Shown here piece by piece: positions 56,703 to 64,000 of a stretch of DNA of 64,000 bases; within the stretch, counting starts at the first letter, position 1; every line of letters starts with the position of its first letter. This DNA comes from Bacteroidales bacterium (lineage in GTDB: Bacteria > Bacteroidota > Bacteroidia > Bacteroidales > UBA1715): positions 99,428 through 163,427 of the forward strand of contig JAZLFM010000010.1 in the NCBI GenBank assembly GCA_045615765.1. The letters run 5' to 3'. A program made the translations under genes and the position numbers. The notes under the pieces were generated by a model. It was not told the DNA's origin and did not search any database. It saw only the letters and a list, made by a program, of their open reading frames with translations.

Positions 56703-58109
56703 TTATTTTACGAATTTAATTGTACCTTCTTGAGCTGTGATGAAATAAACACCAGCATTCAAAGAATTTACATTGAATTCTTGAGAAGCAACAGCTACAA
56801 TTTTACCAGCGACATTGTAAACAACGATTTCGCCTGCTGAGTAAACCATGCCACCTTGAACTGCAAATGCAGAAGCGGCAACTTCATCTACTGCAGTTGG
56901 TTCTGGAGTAGAGCCTGCTACTTTAATGTTGATAGCATCAATACCTTCAGCAACAGCATCAGTTGTTACAATAACCAATTTACAAACTGCAGAAGCAGAA
57001 GAAACTTCTACAACACCTGAGAAATCAATTTCGTCACCTTTTGCGATATCAGATTTAATTGGAAGGTATGCAGAGATTGCATTGTAAGAATCATCCATTA
57101 AGTATGCTTGAAGACCAGCGATAGATTGATCAGCAATACCTTTAACTGAGAATGTAACAAAGTCACCTGCGAATACATCAGAAGCAATGTTTTCAACTGT
57201 TTGATAGTTCGAACCTGTTTCCCAAACATTAGCAGACAATGTAATGTTAGTATATTCTTTTGTTGCTAACTCAACAGCTTCGTGTTCTACATCACCATCT
57301 TTCAAGAATTTAATTTCTTTCTCTGCATCGTAACCAGCAATAAAGGCAGTCAATTTATATTCAGTACCTGTTGCAGCTTTTGGAACTGTGAACTCGAACT
57401 CAGTACCTGCTACTTTTTCACCAGCAGTAGCAACAAATGGACGAGAAGTCCAAGGTAAGATAGTGTTTCCTTCCTTGTCGAACACCATAAAATTGATACC
57501 ATCTATATCTTGGTTGAATGTACCATCAATTGTCACCTTAATGATATCATCTGCAGCTAAATTATCATCAGTTGTAAATAAAGCATCAGCTTTATAGTTT
57601 ACTGGATTTGCAGGATCATCAGCACCAAATTTTACTGTTGGCATTGCAACAGGATATGTTGCACCAGCAACGAATGATGGAGTTGGACGCATTTTAACCA
57701 TTGGTACATCAGCAAGAGGATCCATTCGGATAACAATCTTTTCTGCTGACACTGCATCATCTGTTATTTCAAATTCATAATATTCATCAAACAAGGTTAA
57801 AGCAGAAGTTGAACCACCAACTTTTTCAACAGACCATGCTGTAAGATTTTTCCAATAACTAGCAGCTTCAGAATTATCTGCAACAGCAGTAAAATTCACA
57901 CCTCTAATATCATTATCGAAATAACCTTTAACTGTAACAAGAATCCAGTCACCTGTTTGCAACAATGCACCACCTAATTGATCTGTGATATCAACATTGT
58001 TTTCATTACCAATAACAAAGTCAAATTTATCAACTGTTACTTCGTACTCTGTTGCACTTACACCAAGTGACAATAAAGCACCACTTAAAAATAATAAAAT
58101 CTTCTTCAT
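56703..58109 (-). CDS. T9SS type-A cargo protein with three internal repeats of about 125 aa; function unknown
   Basis: 468 aa with a signal peptide. Three repeats share G-D-(W/I/F)-(I/V)-x-(V/F)-(T/S)-(V/I)-x-G-x-(F/A)-(D/N)-x-(D/S)-I-x-G-(V/I/L): GDWILVTVKGYFDNDIRGVNF, DDIIKVTIDGTFNQDIDGINF and GDFVTFSVKGIADQSIAGLQA. The C-terminus (VYNVAGKIVAVA...AGVYFITAQEGTIKFVK) is a Por secretion tail. Confidence 0.75.
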   Translation of the reverse strand: MKKILLFLSGALLSLGVSATEYEVTVDKFDFVIGNENNVDITDQLGGALLQTGDWILVTVKGYFDNDIRGVNFTAVADNSEAASYWKNLTAWSVEKVGGSTSALTLFDEYYEFEITDDAVSAEKIVIRMDPLADVPMVKMRPTPSFVAGATYPVAMPTVKFGADDPANPVNYKADALFTTDDNLAADDIIKVTIDGTFNQDIDGINFMVFDKEGNTILPWTSRPFVATAGEKVAGTEFEFTVPKAATGTEYKLTAFIAGYDAEKEIKFLKDGDVEHEAVELATKEYTNITLSANVWETGSNYQTVENIASDVFAGDFVTFSVKGIADQSIAGLQAYLMDDSYNAISAYLPIKSDIAKGDEIDFSGVVEVSSASAVCKLVIVTTDAVAEGIDAINIKVAGSTPEPTAVDEVAASAFAVQGGMVYSAGEIVVYNVAGKIVAVASQEFNVNSLNAGVYFITAQEGTIKFVK

Positions 58110-58191
58110 TTACTTTTTTTATTTAGTTTAACTTAAATTTTATTGTGGGGTAAAGATAGTATTTTTTCAGAATGAAAACTCTTTTTCTATA

Positions 58192-61100
58192 TTATTTTTC
58201 TTTTCTAAAAAACTCACGTAAAGTATTAAAGTCTTTTGTAAACGAGAAACCTAAACCATTGGTATTCTCTTGTTTTTCTGACAATTCATCATCATTACTT
58301 CGAGAAAATCCCTTTACCTTTAACGTTCCTTTTTTGTTCACTTTCATTTCCACACTTACATTACCAGAAAAATCACTTGACTGCGCCGTTGCTGAAGCAG
58401 CATCCGCACCAGTAGTACCTCCACCGAAATCGGTATAACCATTCACATTTACCAAGATTCTATCGTTCCAAAACTGTCGGGATATTCCGAATTCAAATTC
58501 ATTATTAGTTGTATTATCGGTACCTAATCTATAGTTTACATTCACATCAAGGTTCGGATCAATTTGTGACAACAAGTTGTTAATCTGATTACTCAATACC
58601 TCAAATGAAAGCGACCCTCCTACAGTCGAAGAATTTACAGCCATAAATGAACCCTGCAACATAAGCGATAAGAATTGAAGTGTTTTTTCATCCTCACTCA
58701 ATGTTGACAAAACTTCGCTAACTTGAGTAGCGGAACTAGGAACTGCAATATCATACGAAATATCTGGTGACATAAGATTATTTTGAAGCATAGCCTTACA
58801 AGTAACAGGAATTCGCTTTGAAAAAGAAACTGTACTATCAAATAAAGGTTGTGGAGAAGCTTTTGTTTCATAATGTGCAGTCAAATTTACCTGCGCATTC
58901 AAAGGGTCACCATTCCAAGCAATAGTTCCACCTTTCTGCAAAACCAATTTCTTGTTTATTAGATTCTTCAATGTAAATAGATATTCCCCCTCTTCTATTT
59001 GATATTTTCCATATACACGCAAGTCTCCATCTTTTTCCATTTTCACTTGTAAATCTCCGTTACCTCTCGCCTTTATCACATCGCCAACTTTTGGATCAAA
59101 GACAATCTGAGCCAATGCGTCTGGAGTTATTGCCAAAGTCATATTCATTGTCATACCAGAAGCCGTTGTTGGTTTCTCCAATACTTGCGTTGCTGTATCA
59201 GCAGAAAACGATAGGAAATCATAAGCGCCCGACAATTCAGAATAACTAACCGGTATAGAACAAACCGTATTCTCTAATGACTTACCATTTGCAGAAATAT
59301 CAGTTTCATTCAAATCACCCTCAATTTTTGCCGTACCATTATAATATATAGTACCATAAAAATAATCATTATCTTTTGCCGTAGTATTCATTACAAGAAT
59401 CTTAGGAGAAGAAATATCTATACGATAATGAGGATTTGCTATTTCTTTTATATCCACAAAACCACGAATTTCTCCTGTATTACGATGAGTATCAGCAATA
59501 TTGAAATCGGAGAAAAGGAAACGGGTTTTCTGAGCGCGAAGTTTTCCAGAAAATAAATATGGCACATTTGTATAACTTACCGTGAATGAGCCTTCTGTTG
59601 CCTCTAACTCACCACTATAAATAGGAGATGCAAGTGTTCCATCCACATTTATATTACCATTAATTACACCTGCAAGATTGTCAACCGTACCTTGTAAAAC
59701 TTCACTAAATACTTTCAAATTCAAATCATTACAAGCGACTGTACATCGCAACGAATCAGAAGAAGGGACATATTTTCCCTCTACCGCAACGAGGTTCTCT
59801 TTTTCGCGCATTATTAAAGCTTTTAACAACAAAGCCTTTTGCCTATTTTCCCAAAAACTTCGGAATAGTAACGAACCCAATTCATTATCATTGAAAGACA
59901 CCAAACCTGAATTTATATCAGCAAAAATCAATGGAGTTGCATACAAATTTTTCATACGTACACGACCTTGTATCTGTCCAGCAAGACGAACACTTTCATT
60001 GCCAATCAATGAATTTAGCTCACTCAAATCATAGTTTTCCACATTCACGACAACATAGTCGTTAGTATTTTCTGAAACAACTCCGTCAATATGGATTTTT
60101 TTCGCATCTTTCGAAAGACAAAACCCTGAAATTGAAATACTTGTTGTATCAACAACAACATGAGATTGTGCAATATTCCACAACGAATCTGCAATATAAA
60201 ATTGAGAAGGAAGAATCTGCAATATAAATTTCGGAAGCTGTCCGACACTTTTTGTCTGCATAGCCCCACGAATAGCACACTCTCCATAAGTTTTTAGTGC
60301 CGATTCCAAATTCCAAGATGTATGCATAGCTAAACTATCTTTCACAATAGAACAGTCTGCAGTAAGAGTATTTCCCGATTTTGAATCAGAATCCAAGGTA
60401 CACTTTGAGTTTACAAGAATACCTGTTTCATCACAATCTAAAGCTATATCACCATTATACATAACAACAGATCCATACGAACAACGTGGAAAATGGAGAT
60501 CTACAGAAGCTGTATTCTTTTCCTTACTAAATACAGCACTACAAGTTGTTCCATTTTTTATTCGTAAATCTGGCAAAAGAAGAGAGAATACCGTATCAAT
60601 ATTCTTAATTGTGGCCGAGAACGTAAATTCCGAATTTTGATTGCTTTTATTTACAGTTATCGGCAACGACGAAATGTTTTCCGCCAACAACGATACTATA
60701 TTATTATATAAATCTCCATACGACCCTTCTCCATTAATTTCCGCATCGGCAAATGCAGATCGAAGAGCAATATTTCTTTTTTGTTTTTCATTCGAGAAGT
60801 TCAAAGCGATATTCTTTGTTGCAATTGTTCCTTTTGCATTTGAATACTCCAAATTACGAATAGAAGCTATACCATTTAAATCATCAAGATCGACACCATA
60901 CAAGTCAACTTGCGTAGAAAATGAGACCGACGACATTGCATCGGAAAACAAGTGTAATTTGTCTAAATGTGCTTTTTCTATCGTTGATATAAATTTGATT
61001 TCTGGCGTTTCCACTGAGAAATCCACGCCTCCAGCAAAATTCATTTTCAAATTCGGGTCTTCTATTGAGAATTTTCCACCTATTCGTTCTGAAGAAAGTT

Positions 61101-62547
61101 TTGCGTTAACATCAATTGAAGAATACGCATAGTCATTACAAATAAGAGTATCAACTATTCCTTTCACTGTTCCTTCTAAAAAAGAGTCTCCTTTAAACTT
61201 AGCATAGACGTCAAAAGAACCAGAAATGTCTTTCACTAAATCAGAGCCATCTAAGAAATATGAACAATTCAATCTATCAAGCGACAAAGATCCTTCACAA
61301 GACACATAATCATCTTGAAGAACACGAGCATCCACATCTACTTTTCCAGCATCAGACAGAAGTGTACCAGTAAGAGAAACATTGTTCAGATTACCACTAG
61401 CCTTACCATTAAATTTATAGAATGAGAAAGTTTTGAGAATATCTGGAAGTTGTACATATTCTTCATTATCTTGAAATGGCAGTTGCGTATGAGAAATGTC
61501 GTACGAATTTGTAGATATATTTTTTGCCAGAACATCAAAGTTCATCTTATCCAAATCTGGTAACCCCTTTATTGTCACATCACCGACAAACTGCGTACTT
61601 TTACCATAACCAATATGAACATTTGACGCGACAAAATCTGCAATAGTGCCAACAAAATCTCCAAACACAGTAAAACGATATGGCAATTGTTCTACAGATG
61701 AAGCAAAATAAGACACATCGTGTAGATTAACCGTACTATGATTAACATTCGCAGTAATCACGACCTTATTACAGAAATCACTGAAGTCTGAGAAATCATC
61801 ATAACTCATAGCAAAATGCTTTGCATAAACTTTCGAATCTGTCGCAGAAATTGCGACATTCGAGCAATCTATAATCGTATCAGTAACAAACACATCGCCA
61901 TACAAATAGGAAAGTTCAAATCCAGATTTCTCACGAGCGGACAATTTCTGTATTGCTGCAGAATACGAACCATTTTCAACCAATAAATTACTGATAGAAG
62001 CGGTAATATTTTCTACTTGAAGATGCGAAAAATCAATACCTTTTTCTGAAGATATAGATTCTGTCATATCTTCAAAAGAAAAAAATCCTTTTCGTATTAC
62101 AATATCATCAATAGAAAGTTTCAGATTTGATGTCGTATCGTCCGATGAGAACGATTGAAGAAGTGGATCCAAATTAAACACTCCTGTGGAGTCATAAGCA
62201 AGACAAACTTTCGGTTGCGACAAAACAATTTTTGACAACGCAAACGAAGAAGAATCTATATCTATTTTTTTAACAGAAGCTGCTAAATAAGCTGAAGCAA
62301 TGATGGTATCATTCTGTTCACCCAAAATACACAAGTCATATAAAGCGACACCATTCCAAAATATTGGAGACACCTTACCAACTTTTACATTCAATCCGGT
62401 AATGTCTGAAATCTTTTGTTCTGCAATATGAATGAGTTTTGCTTGAACAGCAGGAATTTGCAATACAGCAAAAGCCAACAAAATCAGAGCAACAACACTT
62501 GCAATGACTACACCAAAGATTTTTGCTATACGTTTTATAAAACTCAC
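58192..62547 (-). CDS. tamB: Translocation/assembly module protein TamB (DUF490 C-terminal domain)
   Basis: About 1451 aa from GTG 62547 (VSFIKRIAKIFGVVIASVVALILLAFAVL, an N-terminal anchor). The protein is long and beta-rich, with a TamB-type C-terminus (NVNYRLGTDNTTNNEFEFGISRQFWNDRILVNVNGY). The track start at 62703 overlaps tsaD and contains the promoter box. Confidence 0.8.
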   Translation of the reverse strand: MSFIKRIAKIFGVVIASVVALILLAFAVLQIPAVQAKLIHIAEQKISDITGLNVKVGKVSPIFWNGVALYDLCILGEQNDTIIASAYLAASVKKIDIDSSSFALSKIVLSQPKVCLAYDSTGVFNLDPLLQSFSSDDTTSNLKLSIDDIVIRKGFFSFEDMTESISSEKGIDFSHLQVENITASISNLLVENGSYSAAIQKLSAREKSGFELSYLYGDVFVTDTIIDCSNVAISATDSKVYAKHFAMSYDDFSDFSDFCNKVVITANVNHSTVNLHDVSYFASSVEQLPYRFTVFGDFVGTIADFVASNVHIGYGKSTQFVGDVTIKGLPDLDKMNFDVLAKNISTNSYDISHTQLPFQDNEEYVQLPDILKTFSFYKFNGKASGNLNNVSLTGTLLSDAGKVDVDARVLQDDYVSCEGSLSLDRLNCSYFLDGSDLVKDISGSFDVYAKFKGDSFLEGTVKGIVDTLICNDYAYSSIDVNAKLSSERIGGKFSIEDPNLKMNFAGGVDFSVETPEIKFISTIEKAHLDKLHLFSDAMSSVSFSTQVDLYGVDLDDLNGIASIRNLEYSNAKGTIATKNIALNFSNEKQKRNIALRSAFADAEINGEGSYGDLYNNIVSLLAENISSLPITVNKSNQNSEFTFSATIKNIDTVFSLLLPDLRIKNGTTCSAVFSKEKNTASVDLHFPRCSYGSVVMYNGDIALDCDETGILVNSKCTLDSDSKSGNTLTADCSIVKDSLAMHTSWNLESALKTYGECAIRGAMQTKSVGQLPKFILQILPSQFYIADSLWNIAQSHVVVDTTSISISGFCLSKDAKKIHIDGVVSENTNDYVVVNVENYDLSELNSLIGNESVRLAGQIQGRVRMKNLYATPLIFADINSGLVSFNDNELGSLLFRSFWENRQKALLLKALIMREKENLVAVEGKYVPSSDSLRCTVACNDLNLKVFSEVLQGTVDNLAGVINGNINVDGTLASPIYSGELEATEGSFTVSYTNVPYLFSGKLRAQKTRFLFSDFNIADTHRNTGEIRGFVDIKEIANPHYRIDISSPKILVMNTTAKDNDYFYGTIYYNGTAKIEGDLNETDISANGKSLENTVCSIPVSYSELSGAYDFLSFSADTATQVLEKPTTASGMTMNMTLAITPDALAQIVFDPKVGDVIKARGNGDLQVKMEKDGDLRVYGKYQIEEGEYLFTLKNLINKKLVLQKGGTIAWNGDPLNAQVNLTAHYETKASPQPLFDSTVSFSKRIPVTCKAMLQNNLMSPDISYDIAVPSSATQVSEVLSTLSEDEKTLQFLSLMLQGSFMAVNSSTVGGSLSFEVLSNQINNLLSQIDPNLDVNVNYRLGTDNTTNNEFEFGISRQFWNDRILVNVNGYTDFGGGTTGADAASATAQSSDFSGNVSVEMKVNKKGTLKVKGFSRSNDDELSEKQENTNGLGFSFTKDFNTLREFFRKEK

Positions 62548-62569
62548 AGAAATAACCGTATTTTTGCCA

Positions 62570-62577
62570 CAAATATA
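62570..62577 (-). promoter_or_regulatory. -7 box (TATATTTG on the minus strand) for tamB
   Basis: The plus strand reads caaatata, 22 nt upstream of the GTG at 62547. It is divergent from tsaD. Confidence 0.4.
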
Positions 62578-62614
62578 ATTATAAGTTGGTAGGTAGCAAC
62601 CAGAAAAGACAATT

Positions 62615-63655
62615 ATGAGTACAACAATTCTCGCCATAGAATCTTCGTGCGACGACACATCTGCAGCTGTTCTTAGAGACGGCATTTTGCTTTCCAATAC
62701 CATTGCGAGCCAAAAGGTTCACGAGCGCTACGGCGGAGTTGTTCCAGAGCTTGCATCACGCTCGCATCAGCAAAACATTATTCCCGTTGTTGATGATGCT
62801 CTCAAACAAGCCGGAGTGACGAAAGACGAAATCGATGCTGTTGGATATACACGAGGTCCTGGACTTCTTGGTTCACTACTTGTAGGTGGTTCGTTCGCGA
62901 AATCTTTCGCCCTTGCAAAGGGTTGCAAACTTATAGAGGTCAATCATCTACACGGTCATGTACTTGCAAACTTTATTGTAACTCCTGAAACCGTAGGACG
63001 CGAGCAAGCAAAATTTCCTTTCTTGTGCTTACTTGTATCTGGAGGTCACACGCAAATCATAATTGTAAAAGACTACACCGATATGGAAATTATCGGTACA
63101 ACCATTGACGACGCAGCCGGCGAAGCGTTCGACAAAAGCGCAAAAGTACTTGGACTCCCTTATCCTGGAGGTCCACAAATAGACAGTAGGGCTCAAGAAG
63201 GTAATTCCAAAGCCTTTACTTTTAACAAACCGCAAATTCCTAATCTCGACTACAGCTTTAGCGGATTAAAAACTTCTATTCTCTATTTCTTGCAAAAAGA
63301 AGTACAAAAGAATCCTAATTTTGTTGCAGAAAACATCAACGATATTTGTGCCTCAGTACAATACACAATTATAGACATTCTGCTTAAGAAACTTATACTT
63401 GCATCAAAACAAACGGGTATAAAAGACATCGTAATTGGCGGAGGTGTTGCTGCAAATTCTGGCCTTCGTGACGCTATCGTTGCAACAGGAGAAAAATATC
63501 ACTGGCGTACATTCCTTCCAGAAAGAAGATTTACTACCGACAATGCAGCAATGGTAGGTCTTGCTGCATATCATAAATATCTAGCAGGGCAATTTGCCGG
63601 ACAAGATTTAGCGCCAAGAGCACGATATTCACTACAAGAATACTTTAGTAAATAA
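62615..63655 (+). CDS. tsaD: tRNA N6-adenosine threonylcarbamoyltransferase
   Basis: 346 aa. ILAIESSCDDTSAAV, the metal-binding VNHLHGHVLA, and GGVAANSGLR identify the Kae1/TsaD family. Confidence 0.95.
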   Translation: MSTTILAIESSCDDTSAAVLRDGILLSNTIASQKVHERYGGVVPELASRSHQQNIIPVVDDALKQAGVTKDEIDAVGYTRGPGLLGSLLVGGSFAKSFALAKGCKLIEVNHLHGHVLANFIVTPETVGREQAKFPFLCLLVSGGHTQIIIVKDYTDMEIIGTTIDDAAGEAFDKSAKVLGLPYPGGPQIDSRAQEGNSKAFTFNKPQIPNLDYSFSGLKTSILYFLQKEVQKNPNFVAENINDICASVQYTIIDILLKKLILASKQTGIKDIVIGGGVAANSGLRDAIVATGEKYHWRTFLPERRFTTDNAAMVGLAAYHKYLAGQFAGQDLAPRARYSLQEYFSK

Positions 63656-63759
63656 GTTAACAAGTAAAATATCTAAGAGACCGCTGTAGTCCACAATTTT
63701 CTACTATTTCTTGTTATTTCTTAATTTATTTTGCTATCTTGCTCTCAGATTTTTATATA

Positions 63760-64000
63760 ATGGAAAAAGAATTCTTTTCATTCACAGGAAATTGCTTAAC
63801 AGATGCAGAAGTTGAGCCTTTGCTACAAAAGATAATGGCAGTAGCAGAAGAGCAACATTTTTCTCGTGCAGTAGTACACAATGTACGAACTGTTGCGTCA
63901 GAAATATTAGGCAATATTGTTTCGCACGCAATCCTCGAAGAAGACTCGCAACGTTCAATAAACTTAACTTTATCAACAACAGACGAAGGAACTATAGTTG
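63760..64000 (+). CDS. N-terminal part of a GHKL/anti-sigma-kinase-like (possibly SiaB-like) protein; continues beyond the window
   Basis: Open frame from the ATG at 63760 to the window end: MEKEFFSFTGNCLTDAEVEPLLQKIMAVAEEQHFSRAVVHNVRTVASEILGNIVSHAILEE.... The E-x-L-x-N-I-x-x-H segment resembles the MVECLQNITRH box of the 44244 gene. Confidence 0.4.
   Translation, partial: MEKEFFSFTGNCLTDAEVEPLLQKIMAVAEEQHFSRAVVHNVRTVASEILGNIVSHAILEEDSQRSINLTLSTTDEGTIV

Noticed and set aside
45757-58109. Genomic island integrated at the tRNA-Arg gene.
   Set aside because: No integrase, transposase or phage genes follow the tRNA. I saw no direct repeat of the tRNA 3' end flanking the region. The genes there (secreted proteins, GH8 giant) look like ordinary chromosomal T9SS cargo.
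62548-62703. N-terminal 52-residue extension of TamB that overlaps tsaD.
   Set aside because: The extension contains the -7 promoter box and overlaps the divergent tsaD start. The hydrophobic anchor typical of TamB begins right after the GTG at 62547. The same reasoning removes the extensions of pgeF (40583-40711), nhaD (38586-38618), panC (20647-20670), frr (32389-32457) and panD (19785-19817).
1-64000. Defence systems, toxin-antitoxin pairs, restriction-modification, retrons, diversity-generating retroelements, prophage or IS elements.
   Set aside because: I went through every track ORF of 60 aa or more on both strands. None shows a nuclease/methylase pair, a reverse transcriptase, Cas, integrase or transposase hallmarks. 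The repeat-rich genes are in-frame surface-protein modules.

Overview
This is a low-GC chromosomal segment that I assign to Bacteroidota. Support comes from many TAnnTTTG -7 promoter motifs about 20 nt upstream of start codons, type IX secretion (T9SS) sorting domains, a PorP/SprF gene, and the panD-panC / glycogen-synthase-like / DUF4270 / glmS gene order. Coding density is high. I call 47 protein genes (two run off the window edges) and one tRNA-Arg(CCT).

Most genes are housekeeping or envelope functions:
- DNA and translation: polA, radA, frr, tsaD.
- Central and cofactor metabolism: glmS, panCD.
- Envelope: pssA, ugd, gmhA, rfaE2, pgeF, tamB, a family 9 glycosyltransferase (GT9) and a GT90 glycosyltransferase.
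- Transport: exbB-exbD-tonB, nhaD.

Accessory content includes four T9SS cargo genes:
- a 1483-aa adhesin with SBBP, PKD and SprB repeats and a type-B sorting domain, paired with PorP/SprF;
- a 1316-aa CotH-kinase protein with lamin-tail domains;
- a 3187-aa GH8 glycoside hydrolase carrying about 19 Ig-like modules;
- a 468-aa protein with three internal repeats.

The best candidate for an uncharacterised system is a SiaB/SiaC-like partner-switching module. It has an internally duplicated kinase-like ATPase of the GHKL fold (GHKL ATPase) followed by a DUF1987 protein. A second DUF1987 copy is translationally coupled to gmhA, and a third kinase-like gene starts at the window edge. No SiaA-type phosphatase or diguanylate cyclase is visible in the window.

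Other points of interest:
- a promoter-driven structured leader with a terminator-like hairpin just before a stand-alone TonB-dependent receptor;
- a tandem GC-rich hairpin repeat after pssA;
- a 500-nt ORF-free region with paired CCTACGG hairpins upstream of the giant GH8 gene.

I found no CRISPR array, integrase, transposase, prophage or recognisable defence system. All calls rest on reading the sequence and remembered family motifs; no searches or alignments were run.
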